A stretch of 64,000 bases of DNA, taken from contig JAFQMD010000035.1 in assembly GCA_017396365.1 (NCBI GenBank), positions 2,417-66,416 on the forward strand, given 5' to 3'. Both the position numbers and the translations under genes were made by a program. Shown piece by piece: positions 1 to 9,484 of this stretch. Within the stretch, counting starts at the first letter, position 1, and each line of letters begins with the position of its first letter. This DNA comes from Clostridia bacterium (GTDB taxonomy: Bacteria; Bacillota; Clostridia; Christensenellales; Borkfalkiaceae). The notes under the pieces are model-generated. The model searched no databases. It had not been told where the DNA came from and worked only from the letters and a program-made list of their open reading frames with translations.

Positions 1-1
1 T

Positions 2-394
2 AACTCGGCGTTTTCAAGTCAAGCAGAGCAAGTTGACGCGAGAAATTATTTAAGTTTTAACGCAAAAAGTCCGTCAAACGAACTTGAAGTTTCGCTTTCA
101 GAAGGCGTAATGACCTTTTCAGGCAAAGGCGCGCTTTATCCCGTTTGCGACGGAAAAGTTTCGTCTATCGTTGAAGAAGACGGTAAATATACTATGACTA
201 TTAGCCATAGCGACTCTTTCAAAACGGTAATTTCAGGCGTTGATTTCGTCTATACCGAAAAGGGAGAAGACGTATTTGGGTATATTCCAGTAGGATATAT
301 CAGCGACGGGAGCGCAAGCGTGTATATGTATGACGAAGAAGTTTTGCTTACAAATTATATCGTTGAAGACGGCGCTATTATATGGGAAAGTTAA
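2..394 (+). CDS. SpoIVFA-like protein with degenerate LytM/M23 fold, C-terminal part (5' end outside window)
   Basis: The frame is open from the window edge, so track ORF 110-394 is only the Met-initiated tail. The segment DGKVSSIVEEDGKYTMTISHSDSFKTVISGV resembles a LytM domain without HxxxD/HxH ligands. It overlaps the SpoIVFB-type gene by 13 nt, as in spoIVFA-spoIVFB. Confidence 0.45.
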   Translation, partial: NSAFSSQAEQVDARNYLSFNAKSPSNELEVSLSEGVMTFSGKGALYPVCDGKVSSIVEEDGKYTMTISHSDSFKTVISGVDFVYTEKGEDVFGYIPVGYISDGSASVYMYDEEVLLTNYIVEDGAIIWES

Positions 395-1212
395 GATTTA
401 AAGTTCATCCACTTTTTATAATTTTAGGAATATACTTTGCTTTTACGGGCAAAGTATTTTCTTTTTTAACCTATACCTTTTCGGCGCTAATTCACGAACT
501 TGGACACTCGTTAAAAGCGCAGAAGTTGGGTTATAGGTTGATTAACGTAACTTTGATGCCTTTTGGCGCGATAATAAAAGGGGATATTTCGGGTATGGGG
601 TATAAAGACGAAATATCCGTTTCGCTTGCAGGGCCTATCGTAAATTTAGCAATAGGAGTAGTTTTGGTTGCGCTTTGGTGGGTTTTCCCTGAGAGTTATC
701 CCTATACCGAACTTGCCGTAGTTTCAAGTTTTGCGCTTTGTTTTATAAATTTAATACCTGCTTTCCCACTTGACGGCGGAAGAATTTTACTTTGCACGTT
801 GTCTTTATTTTTAAAGAGAAAAACCGCGCTTTTAATTTGTAAAGTAGTAGGCTTTTGTTTAGCAATAGTATTTTTTACGCTTTTTATATATTCGTTATTT
901 ATAGGCGTAAATTATTCGCTACTTTTATTTGGAATATTTATGCTTATCGGCGTTTTTGAAAACCATAGCGAAAACAGATTTATTCGCATCTATCAAAGTG
1001 TTTCTTCAAAGTCGCTTAAAGGTGGCAAAAGGGTAAAAACGCTTGCTTTTGACGAGAGCGTAACCGTTAAAAGACTTTACGGGAAAATTGATTCTAACAA
1101 TTTATATAGAATTTTTATATATTCGGATAGCGGAAAGTTAAAAAGAATTTTTGAACCGCACGAGATAGTAAGTATATTGCAAAGCAAGTCGCCGTATGAA
1201 AAGTTAGTATAA
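382..1212 (+). CDS. spoIVFB: Site-2 (M50) intramembrane metalloprotease, SpoIVFB type
   Basis: HELGH motif near the N-terminus, NLIPAFPLDGGR second motif, and several hydrophobic helices. Confidence 0.8.
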   Translation: MGKLRFKVHPLFIILGIYFAFTGKVFSFLTYTFSALIHELGHSLKAQKLGYRLINVTLMPFGAIIKGDISGMGYKDEISVSLAGPIVNLAIGVVLVALWWVFPESYPYTELAVVSSFALCFINLIPAFPLDGGRILLCTLSLFLKRKTALLICKVVGFCLAIVFFTLFIYSLFIGVNYSLLLFGIFMLIGVFENHSENRFIRIYQSVSSKSLKGGKRVKTLAFDESVTVKRLYGKIDSNNLYRIFIYSDSGKLKRIFEPHEIVSILQSKSPYEKLV

Positions 1213-1401
1213 ACTAGGAGTTAAATCTTTTGTTATTTGTAAAATCTTTGCAAAACTGTCGTTTTGCTATAAAAATTGTAGTTTTTATACTTCTTGTTTG
1301 AAATATAGCGAAGTTGTCGTGCCTTGAAAGTATAGCGCTAACTTTTTATATTATAAAAATGATAACGTAACCGCAATTTCCGTATGAATTTTATGCAATG
1401 T

Positions 1402-1440
1402 AAAAGACTAACGAAAAAGTATTCGTTAGTCTTTTTTTTG
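1402..1440 (+). terminator. Rho-independent terminator
   Basis: AAAAGACTAACGAA / TTCGTTAGTCTTTT stem followed by a T-run. Confidence 0.75.
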
Positions 1441-1573
1441 CTTTGAAAAACATACGACTTTCATTTGAAAGAATAGTGTGCTACACTTTTGAAAATTTTT
1501 CCACAAAGAATATCAACTTTATAAATTTGAATTTGTCAGCCTGTATTGTTTAATACACAAAATATAGATTTGT

Positions 1574-2101
1574 CTAGGCAAGATTATTAATATAGTGTTC
1601 AGTAGCATTATCTTTCGGGATTATTTTACATGGATTTCCAATAACTATAGAGTGAGAGGGTACGTTGCAATTAACGTAAGAATTAGGCGCAATCAAAACA
1701 TCATCACCAATAGTGATATTTCCTACAATAGTTGAGTTAATTCCAATCCATACTTCATTTCCTATTGTAGGGGTTCCCTTACGAGTGCCGCGGTTTTCTT
1801 GTCCTATTGTAACACCCTTATGAATGTTAACATTTTTGCCTAAAATTGCGTTTTTGTTTATAGTAATATTATATGGGTGACCTATATACAAGCCTTTTCC
1901 TATCCTTGTATACGGAGAAATTTCTATACCGTGTTTGTTGCAAATTAGACGAAATCTAAGGTGATAATATTTTTGTAACACCTTGTTTTTGCAGGATGAG
2001 GTTTTTCTGAGATAATAGCTAAATTTGCGACAAAATCTTTGTATGCCGTTAGGTCCGTATCTATGCATATCGCCGTCGTACATTTCTTTAAAATTATTCA
2101 T
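1574..2101 (-). CDS. Hexapeptide-repeat O-acetyltransferase (serine acetyltransferase/WcaB-like)
   Basis: Left-handed beta-helix repeats (GKNVNIHKGVTIG, IGNEVWIGINSTIVGNITIGDDVLIAPNS). Confidence 0.7.
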   Translation of the reverse strand: MNNFKEMYDGDMHRYGPNGIQRFCRKFSYYLRKTSSCKNKVLQKYYHLRFRLICNKHGIEISPYTRIGKGLYIGHPYNITINKNAILGKNVNIHKGVTIGQENRGTRKGTPTIGNEVWIGINSTIVGNITIGDDVLIAPNSYVNCNVPSHSIVIGNPCKIIPKDNATEHYINNLA

Positions 2102-2187
2102 ATTTGCCAGGCTCTCTTCAAATTTTTATTTATCGACATCTTTATTGTAACATAAAATTCACTTTAATTCAATCTTTTTTATGTGGG

Positions 2188-2224
2188 TAAAAGAAAACTC
2201 GACTTATTAAAAATCGAGTTTTAT
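2188..2224 (-). terminator. Terminator of the pot operon
   Basis: AAAACTCGA / TCGAGTTTT hairpin. On the minus strand it is followed by CTTTT, directly after the potD stop. Confidence 0.65.
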
Positions 2225-2284
2225 AAATTATTCAATTTAAATATCTAAAAGTAACGCCTTTAGGTTGCTGTTTTTACTTTTAAA

Positions 2285-3904
2285 TTATTTAATTCTCTCG
2301 CTCTTTACAAGCGTGCCTAAATCTTTTTTAGGTAAATTTATTCTTACGCCTTTTTTCTTTAAAATATATAGGGTTATAAAAATTCCTAATAAGACTACGA
2401 CTGCAATAACTATCATAAGCATAGTGGAATATTTCATATATCCAACCTTAACCGAGTCCCACATATTGTTGAGTTTTTTAAGTTCGGCAGTTTCAAGGTG
2501 TTCCATTACCACGCATCTATTCATAGTTTCTGCCGTTGGATACATTGCAACGAGTTGGCGGTTTAAAGAATCCGTATATATAATTCCGTCGCCTGAAATT
2601 TTCTCGCCAAAGAAATGTTTTACGCTATGCGCGTAGATTTCTATCGGCTCGTCCGTTATGATTTCTCCGCTTTCTTCGTCGTAATAAGTAAGGCTATAAG
2701 TCGATTGTCCGCTAAAATTAGGGTCTTGGGATAGTGAAACTTCGCTATAATACTTATCGCCTACTAAAATCAACTCTTCTAAATCGTCGTAGTCGTCTGG
2801 GTTTACTTCGATTAAGGTTGTAAGCCCGTAATTTAAACTTACGTATTCAAAAACTTGTTCGCCGACGATAGGAGAAGAATAGCAAATGTAGTCTAAGTTT
2901 TCTATAGCGTTCGACTCTTCGTACATAAAGTTTAAAAATCTTTGTGCGAGTTCTTTGTCAGCGCCTTTTGGCATAACCCAACCGTCAAAGAAGATGTTGC
3001 TACCTTCGTTTGGAACTACGTATTCAAGATACGTGCCTTCTTCTTCGGCAAGGTCCATTGCGTAAACCGCGTCGCCACTCCAAGCAAAGTTTATCCAAAG
3101 TTTGCCAGTCGCCATATCTTGTTTACCGCTATCTACTTCAAAACCGTAGAGATTTTTTCTCGTTTCAGTTAAAAATACCCTTGATTTTTCAATAGATTCT
3201 TCTGAAAAATCGTTTAGTAGTGCGTGGACTTGCTTATTGTACTCGTCAGATAAAGGATTGTAATTTTCTTGCTTTTGCAAATCGAGTAATTTTTGTCCGT
3301 TTACGTTGCCGAGCGCTAAAACGTAACTGTCTCTAACGCTATCTTTAATGGTTATTTTATTAGCGTATTTGGGGTTTGAAACGACTGACCAAGAAGATAC
3401 GTCGTCAAAATTTACGCCCTTTCCGTCTTCGGTTTCGGGGTAATAGGTAAAGCCCATCGTTCCCCAGTTAAAGCAAGTTGCGTATTTATACCAGTCGTTT
3501 TTTACAAAAAGGTCTTGAATATACGGCGCAACGTTTTTGGTGTAGTTATCAAGTTTAGAATAATCGAATTCTTCACACATTCCTTCGATTATCATTTTTT
3601 GGATCATATACTCGGACGGACAAACTAAGTCGTAACTAAAACTCTCGCCTTTTTGGGTGAGTTTAAGTTCGTTATACATATTTTCGTTAGTTCCGAAAGT
3701 AGAGTAGTTTACCACGATTTTTTCGCCGTAAGTTTGTTCGTGCCACGCTTCAAATTCTGCAATCATATCGAATTCGTCGCACGCAATATAGTCTTCCCAG
3801 TTGTAAACGTTAAGTTCTCTAACCGTTTGTTTTTTGCAAGACGACGTGGGAATTACAAGGGCAAAGATTAAACTGCACAAAATAAGGGATAAAACTTTTT
3901 TCAT
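2285..3904 (-). CDS. potD: Spermidine/putrescine ABC substrate-binding protein, extended form
   Basis: LNVYNWEDYI start typical of PotD/PotF binding proteins. It is the last gene of a potABC-like operon. It has a signal peptide with a possible lipobox (PTSSC) and a C-terminal hydrophobic helix. Confidence 0.75.
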   Translation of the reverse strand: MKKVLSLILCSLIFALVIPTSSCKKQTVRELNVYNWEDYIACDEFDMIAEFEAWHEQTYGEKIVVNYSTFGTNENMYNELKLTQKGESFSYDLVCPSEYMIQKMIIEGMCEEFDYSKLDNYTKNVAPYIQDLFVKNDWYKYATCFNWGTMGFTYYPETEDGKGVNFDDVSSWSVVSNPKYANKITIKDSVRDSYVLALGNVNGQKLLDLQKQENYNPLSDEYNKQVHALLNDFSEESIEKSRVFLTETRKNLYGFEVDSGKQDMATGKLWINFAWSGDAVYAMDLAEEEGTYLEYVVPNEGSNIFFDGWVMPKGADKELAQRFLNFMYEESNAIENLDYICYSSPIVGEQVFEYVSLNYGLTTLIEVNPDDYDDLEELILVGDKYYSEVSLSQDPNFSGQSTYSLTYYDEESGEIITDEPIEIYAHSVKHFFGEKISGDGIIYTDSLNRQLVAMYPTAETMNRCVVMEHLETAELKKLNNMWDSVKVGYMKYSTMLMIVIAVVVLLGIFITLYILKKKGVRINLPKKDLGTLVKSERIK

Positions 3905-4710
3905 TATTTTCTACCCCCGTTTTTTGCTTGACCTTTGCTTGCAATAACGTTTTTAACTATAACCATTATTATAATTACTGCGAAAATTATGGTTGACAAA
4001 GCCCTAAGAGCGGGGACGTCCGCGCTTCTTCCGCCTTTAGCGTAAGCGTCGAAAACGAAAGTTGAAATGGTGTCAAAGGTCGCAGGCTTTGTAAAGGTCG
4101 TAATTATATAATCGTCGAGTGAAAGGGTAATAGCAATCAAAAAGCCCGAAAAAATACCCGGTAAAACCTGTGGAATAATTACTTTAAAAAGGGCTTGGGT
4201 TGGCGTTGCGCCAAGGTCTAACGCCGCTTCGTAAAGGTTTTTATCCATTTGTTTTAACTTTGGCGTTACGTTTAAAACTACGAACGGAAAAGTAAGTATT
4301 ACGTGTCCGATAAGAAGTGACGCGTACGTTCTGCCGAAGACGAACATAGTACATACGAGAGCGGTTGAAATAGCGGTAACGATTTCCGCGTTAATAACGG
4401 GGATTTGAGTTACGGTATTTAAGGTGTTTCTAACCCGTTTTCCGCTGTAAAACATACCTATTGCGCCCATCGTTCCCAAAACAGTTGAAATTATGCTCGA
4501 AACGAACGCTAAAATCAACGTGTTTACAACCGTAGTCATAAGGTCTTTACTTGAAAAAAGTTGTTTGTAAAGGTCAAGCGACCACTCGTCCGACCATTGA
4601 CCTATTATTTGCGAGTTGTTAAAACTGTAAACTGCAAGAAGTATTATCGGGGCGTATAAAAATGCGAGAACAAGCCAAATATAGCCCCTTTGGAAAAATT
4701 TCTTTACCAT
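3904..4710 (-). CDS. potC: Spermidine/putrescine ABC permease
   Basis: Six-TM MalFG-type permease with an EAA-like loop (EAALDLGATPTQALFKVIIP). Overlaps neighbours on both sides. Confidence 0.85.
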   Translation of the reverse strand: MVKKFFQRGYIWLVLAFLYAPIILLAVYSFNNSQIIGQWSDEWSLDLYKQLFSSKDLMTTVVNTLILAFVSSIISTVLGTMGAIGMFYSGKRVRNTLNTVTQIPVINAEIVTAISTALVCTMFVFGRTYASLLIGHVILTFPFVVLNVTPKLKQMDKNLYEAALDLGATPTQALFKVIIPQVLPGIFSGFLIAITLSLDDYIITTFTKPATFDTISTFVFDAYAKGGRSADVPALRALSTIIFAVIIIMVIVKNVIASKGQAKNGGRK

Positions 4711-5519
4711 AATCCACCCCCTCTTGCATCGGAAGAGTCTTCTTCGGAGAATTTACCCGTAACTATCATGGTTGCGAAAATTAAAACGAGAAGAATCATT
4801 GCGATTGCAGAGCCTGCGTTCCAGTTGTACATAACGCTAAACTGATTTTCGATGAGTTTGCCGATAATAGTAACGTTGCCGTTGCCGAGAGTGTCTGAAA
4901 CGACGTAACTCGTCATAGTAGGTAAAAGAACCATCGTAATAGCGCTTACTATTCCGGGCATAGAAAGTGGAATAGTTACTTTAAACATGGTTTGAAAGCC
5001 GTTTGCGCCAAGGTCGGCAGACGCTTCCAAAACGTTTTTATCAAGTTTTTCAAGCACGGTGTAGATAGGTAAAATAGTAAACGGCAAATAGTCGTAAACC
5101 ATACCTATTAAGGTGTTTATAAAACTCATATTGTTAGAACTAAACATTCCGAGTTTGTAGAGAAGTTCTTTCATAGCGGCAGTTCTTAAAACGAAGTTAA
5201 TCCACATAGGAAGAATAAAAAGCAGGAGCATTACGCCGTTTTTATTTACGTTAGTTCTCGCCAAGATATACGCCGCGGGATAGGCAATTAAAAGACATAT
5301 AGTCGTAGTAAGTATTGCAAGGGCAAAACTCATAAACAGCGCGGTAAGGTTTGCGTTACTTGTAAAAAAGTCTATAAAGTTAATAAAACTTAAACCTCCC
5401 GTTTCGGGGTCGGTAAAAGCGTAATAAATAATCAAAAGCAAGGGGAATACAACGAACATAGCCATAAAGAGCGCGTACGGTATTCCAAGATGCTTTCTCG
5501 AGAATTTAAGTGCCGTCAT
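4704..5519 (-). CDS. potB: Spermidine/putrescine ABC permease
   Basis: EAA loop EASADLGANGFQTMFKVTIP. Operon context. Confidence 0.85.
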   Translation of the reverse strand: MTALKFSRKHLGIPYALFMAMFVVFPLLLIIYYAFTDPETGGLSFINFIDFFTSNANLTALFMSFALAILTTTICLLIAYPAAYILARTNVNKNGVMLLLFILPMWINFVLRTAAMKELLYKLGMFSSNNMSFINTLIGMVYDYLPFTILPIYTVLEKLDKNVLEASADLGANGFQTMFKVTIPLSMPGIVSAITMVLLPTMTSYVVSDTLGNGNVTIIGKLIENQFSVMYNWNAGSAIAMILLVLIFATMIVTGKFSEEDSSDARGGGLW

Positions 5520-7021
5520 TTTTGATTTACCGCCTTTAATTTAAGTTTGATCTTATCCTTTGGAATTTTAACCGAAACCCTGTCGTTTTCATTCCAAACG
5601 TATTCGGTATCGACTACGAAATCTTCTTCCTCGTCGTCAGTTCTTATAATGATTTGGTAGTGGTCGCCCTTGTAAACTATTGAAATGATAGTTCCGCAAG
5701 CGTCGCCGTCAACGTCGTTATCTATAATTTCAATATCTTTAAGCCCAACTTCAACTTTTACGTCAACGTCGTTAAGGTCGAGTTTTTCGCCGTTTTCAAG
5801 TACGAGATAGCCTTCTTCGTCAAGGTGAGAATTTTCATAAAGTTGTGTAACGTCGCACTCAAACTCGCCGTCGGCAAAGCATACGTTGTTGCGCTTGTTT
5901 ATATAACCGTCGTATCGGTTGCAGTCGAATTCCTTAGCCATTATATGAATATCGTCAGGGCGGATATGTATCGAACATTTTTCGCCTTCTTTACGCTCGA
6001 TAGTGTCTTGAATTAAAACTTCGGTCTTACCTACTTTAAAGGTCATTTCGTAGTGAACGCCTTTAAAAATCGACGAGATAATAACTCCGTCAACCATACC
6101 TTTGCCTTCGTCGGCTAAAAATACGTCTTCTGGGCGAACGACGACGTCGACTTTTTCGTTTATCGGGAAATCGTCCACGCAGTCGAATACGCGGTTGATA
6201 AATCTTACTTTTCTATTGCCAACCATCGTGCCTGAGAAGATGTTGCTTTCGCCTATAAAGTCGGCAACGAAAGAATTTTTAGGTTCGTTGTAAATGTCCT
6301 TCGGCGTGCCGATTTGCTGAATTGCGCCGTCTTTCATAACGACTATCGTATCGCTCATAGTAAGCGCTTCTTCTTGGTCGTGGGTAACGTAAATAAAGGT
6401 TATTCCAAGTTTTTGGTGCATCTCTTTAAGTTCGAGTTGCATATCCTTTCTCATTTTTAAATCTAAAGCGCCGAGAGGTTCGTCTAAAAGTAAAATTTCA
6501 GGCTCGTTTACGATAGCCCTTGCGATTGCAATACGCTGTTGTTGACCGCCCGAAAGGGTAGTTACGTCTCTCTTTTCAAATTCTTCAAGGTCAACCAGTT
6601 TTAAAACTTTTGAAACTTTTGCGTCGATAACTTCTTTAGAAAGTTTTTCAACCTTAGTTCTTTCCCTGCCTTTTTTGTCAACGTAAGTGTTTTTAAACCT
6701 TTTAAGTTTAAGCCCGTAGGCAATATTGTCGTAAACGTTAAGGTGTGGGAAAAGCGCGTAGCGTTGGAAAACCGTATTTATTGGTCTTTCATAAGGCGGA
6801 AGGTGGGTTATGTCTTTTCCGTTTAAAAGAATTTCACCTTCCGTTGGCATTTCAAACCCTGCAATCATTCTAAGAGTAGTTGACTTTCCGCATCCCGACG
6901 GTCCTAAAAAGGTAACGAATTCGCCTTTCCTTATATATAAATCCATTTTTTCAACGGCGACTTGACCGTTAAATTCTTTAACGACGCCTTTAAGTTCGAT
7001 AATTTTTTCTTTGTTTTCCAT
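5516..7021 (-). CDS. potA: Spermidine/putrescine ABC ATPase, long form
   Basis: Walker A GPSGCGKST, signature LSGGQQQR, Walker B LLLDEPL. The C-terminal TOBE-like region is duplicated or extended. Confidence 0.9.
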   Translation of the reverse strand: MENKEKIIELKGVVKEFNGQVAVEKMDLYIRKGEFVTFLGPSGCGKSTTLRMIAGFEMPTEGEILLNGKDITHLPPYERPINTVFQRYALFPHLNVYDNIAYGLKLKRFKNTYVDKKGRERTKVEKLSKEVIDAKVSKVLKLVDLEEFEKRDVTTLSGGQQQRIAIARAIVNEPEILLLDEPLGALDLKMRKDMQLELKEMHQKLGITFIYVTHDQEEALTMSDTIVVMKDGAIQQIGTPKDIYNEPKNSFVADFIGESNIFSGTMVGNRKVRFINRVFDCVDDFPINEKVDVVVRPEDVFLADEGKGMVDGVIISSIFKGVHYEMTFKVGKTEVLIQDTIERKEGEKCSIHIRPDDIHIMAKEFDCNRYDGYINKRNNVCFADGEFECDVTQLYENSHLDEEGYLVLENGEKLDLNDVDVKVEVGLKDIEIIDNDVDGDACGTIISIVYKGDHYQIIIRTDDEEEDFVVDTEYVWNENDRVSVKIPKDKIKLKLKAVNQK

Positions 7022-7040
7022 TTATCAAATCTCCTTAGTG

Positions 7041-7574
7041 TTAAAAAGTCGGTGGGCAACTTACCCAAATAAATTTTGCGTTTTTGTCCGTGGCGTTTTC
7101 TACGTAATGGTTTTTGCTCGCCGTGATGTAAAAACTTTCGCCCTTTTGACACTTGTGTTTTTTACTTCCGATATGAATAATTACAGTTCCGCTTAAAACG
7201 TAGCCGAATTCTTCGCCTTCGTGAGGGAAATCAAGTTCGGTTGACGAGTGGGGCTTAAGTTCTACCGATATAGGCTCCATCATGTTTTTTTGAGCGTTGG
7301 TAACTAGCCAAGATAAAGTAAAAGCGTCGGTTTGCTTTTCAATAAAGTCGTCGGCTTTAAAGACGATTTTTTCTTCTTGCTCTTCGGCAAAAAAGTCTTT
7401 AAGCGTCGTGCCAAGCGCGGACAAAATGTCTATTAACGTTGCTATAGACGGACTTGTAAGGTCATTTTCAAGTTGACTTATATAACCTTTCGTCAGTTCG
7501 CATCGGTTTGCCAGTTCTTCTTGCGTTAAGTTGTATTGATACCTTAGCGCTCTTATTTTTTTACCTATTTGCAT
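7041..7574 (-). CDS. XRE-family HTH plus cupin transcriptional regulator (PuuR-like)
   Basis: Start moved to MQIGKKIRALR, which has an AAAGGGGGAAAT RBS. The N-terminus has an HTH (LTQEELANRCELTKGYISQLE) and the C-terminus a cupin (GEEFGYVLSG...). It lies 20 nt upstream of potA. Confidence 0.8.
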   Translation of the reverse strand: MQIGKKIRALRYQYNLTQEELANRCELTKGYISQLENDLTSPSIATLIDILSALGTTLKDFFAEEQEEKIVFKADDFIEKQTDAFTLSWLVTNAQKNMMEPISVELKPHSSTELDFPHEGEEFGYVLSGTVIIHIGSKKHKCQKGESFYITASKNHYVENATDKNAKFIWVSCPPTF

Positions 7575-7852
7575 ATTTCCCCCTTTTGCCAAAGTAACCG
7601 TTTGATGATTTTTAGCACGTTGGCATTTAGAAAATTTAAACAAAAAGTTTAATAAAAGTAAACCTATTATACAAATAATGATAGACGATGTCAATCGTTT
7701 TAATATAAATATTTTATTAAATTTTTAATTTAAGTTCTAACTTTAAATTAGTGAAAATAATATTTAGCGTGATAATCTTTAAAATTCGACTTTTTTCTAC
7801 GAAATAAGCCGTTTTTGCTTAAAAAAATAATGATAAAATTAAGGGGTAAAAA

Positions 7853-8611
7853 GTGAAGGGAAAAATTAAAAAAATCATTGCGCTTAGTTGTAGTATTTTA
7901 GCGATTGTTTTATCGTCTGTAGTTTTAAAAACGAGCGGTAGTTATGCAGTTTATACCTTTGCTCAAAAAAATCGAGAGTTGCCTATTTATTGCGTTGATA
8001 GGTCGGACGGAAGGCTGTCTATTTCTTTCGACTGCGCGTGGGGGACGGAATATACCGATAAAATACTCGACGCGTTAGATTTCTACAAGGTTAAATGCAC
8101 TTTTTTTATGACGCAGTTTTGGGTGGAAAAATATCCCGATTACGTCAAAAAAATTTCCGAGCGTGGACACGAGATAGGCACACATTCTAAAACGCACTCG
8201 TATATGTCTAAAATGAACGCTGACGAGATAATGGACGAACTTACAACGTCGAGTTTAGCAATAGAAAAAATTACGGGCAAAAAGGTTACTCTTTTCCGTC
8301 CGCCGTACGGAGATTACGACGATTTACTTATAAAAACTGCAAGGGAAATGGGGATATATACTATTCAATGGAGCGTAGATTCTCTTGACTGGAAAGATTT
8401 GTCTGCAAGTCAAATTGCAAGTAGAATTTTAAAAAAGGCAGAGTCGGGCAGTATAATTCTTTGCCACAACAACGGGCTTCACACCGCCGAAAGTCTATCG
8501 CTTATTTTTTCTGCTTTAATAGAAAAAGGGCTTATTTTTGAACCTATAGGCTCACTTATCTATAAAACGGATTACAAAATAGACCACAGCGGAAAGCAAA
8601 TATTAAATTGA
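7853..8611 (+). CDS. Polysaccharide deacetylase (NodB domain), PdaB-like
   Basis: Motifs SFDCAWG, HEIGTHSKTH, RPPYGDY and LCHNNG. GTG start with an AAGGGG RBS. Confidence 0.75.
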   Translation: MKGKIKKIIALSCSILAIVLSSVVLKTSGSYAVYTFAQKNRELPIYCVDRSDGRLSISFDCAWGTEYTDKILDALDFYKVKCTFFMTQFWVEKYPDYVKKISERGHEIGTHSKTHSYMSKMNADEIMDELTTSSLAIEKITGKKVTLFRPPYGDYDDLLIKTAREMGIYTIQWSVDSLDWKDLSASQIASRILKKAESGSIILCHNNGLHTAESLSLIFSALIEKGLIFEPIGSLIYKTDYKIDHSGKQILN

Positions 8612-8628
8612 AAAACTAAAGGAGTTTT

Positions 8629-9324
8629 ATGATTAACGAAGACAAGCAAAACAACAGAGTATTTTTAAAAGGTGAAATTGTAACGGAAGCAAAGTTTTCT
8701 CACGAAGTGTACGGCGAAGGCTTTTACGAAATGGACGTTTTAGTTAAAAGACTTTCAGGTCAAGCGGACGTGTTGCCCGTAACTATTTCGGAAAGGCTAA
8801 TAGAGAGCAACGATTTAAAAGTAGGCGCGTCTCTTTGCGCGGTCGGACAGTTTAGGAGTTACAATAAGTTAGTTGACGGAAAGAGCAAACTTATGCTTAC
8901 CGTTTTCGTAAGAGAAGTCGTCAAGGATATAGGCGCGAAAAATCCTAATAATATAGTGTTATCGGGATATATTTGTAAACCGCCCGTATATAGAACGACT
9001 CCCTTTTCAAGAGAAATTGCCGACGTTTTAATCGCGGTGAATAGAGCCTACAATAAATCCGACTATATCCCGTGTATAGCGTGGGGAAGAAACGCCCGTT
9101 TTGTAAAAAATCTCGCCGTAGGCGAGAAGATTGCTTTAGCAGGGCGTATTCAAAGTAGGGAATATACGAAGAAGTTGTCTGAAAATCAAACTAAAATAAT
9201 GACGGCTTACGAAGTTTCCATTTGTAAACTTGCCGCATACGATAACGTTGAGTGTTTTGATTTAGACGAAGAATTCGGCGTCAACTTTTTAGAGAGAGAA
9301 ACGCCTTTAACCGATATAGTGTAG
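8629..9324 (+). CDS. SSB-like protein with two tandem OB folds
   Basis: The second half (NNIVLSGYICKPPVYRTTP...IPCIAWGRNARFV...GEKIALAGRIQSREY) follows the SSB OB-fold pattern. The first half repeats that pattern more weakly. Confidence 0.45.
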   Translation: MINEDKQNNRVFLKGEIVTEAKFSHEVYGEGFYEMDVLVKRLSGQADVLPVTISERLIESNDLKVGASLCAVGQFRSYNKLVDGKSKLMLTVFVREVVKDIGAKNPNNIVLSGYICKPPVYRTTPFSREIADVLIAVNRAYNKSDYIPCIAWGRNARFVKNLAVGEKIALAGRIQSREYTKKLSENQTKIMTAYEVSICKLAAYDNVECFDLDEEFGVNFLERETPLTDIV

Positions 9325-9346
9325 TAAAATTTATTCATTGTCCGTA

Positions 9347-9381
9347 GTCCGTACGCGCTTGCGCGTGCGGACGTTTTTTTA
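9347..9381 (+). terminator. Rho-independent terminator
   Basis: GTCCGTACGCGC / GCGTGCGGAC stem followed by T7. Confidence 0.75.
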
Positions 9382-9399
9382 TAAAACGCTAATAATATA

Positions 9400-9428
9400 T
9401 TGAAATTTTAAAATTAGTGTGATATAAT
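9400..9428 (+). promoter_or_regulatory. Sigma-A type promoter
   Basis: TTGAAA, then a 17-nt spacer, then TGaTATAAT (extended -10). Confidence 0.6.
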
Positions 9429-9484
9429 ATTATACAATCTATGATATTCCTTGAAAACAAGGGATGTTTTACGGGAGGTAAATT

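Noticed and set aside
1230-1301. A 23-codon hydrophobic small ORF (MLFVKSLQNCRFAIKIVVFILLV) after spoIVFB, with an AGGAG 9 nt upstream of a TTG start
   Set aside because: It is too short, it uses a TTG start, and there is no way to test conservation here. It might explain why the terminator lies about 190 nt after spoIVFB, but I cannot support it as a gene.
2265-3871. Plus-strand ORFs 2265-2636, 2942-3195 and 3653-3871
   Set aside because: All are antisense shadows inside the potD coding region, with no RBS and low-complexity translations.
7575-7694. A 40-residue N-terminal extension of the XRE-cupin regulator ORF
   Set aside because: The extension is hydrophobic, low-complexity sequence with no RBS. 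The internal ATG at 7574 has a strong GGGGGA RBS and starts exactly at the HTH domain.
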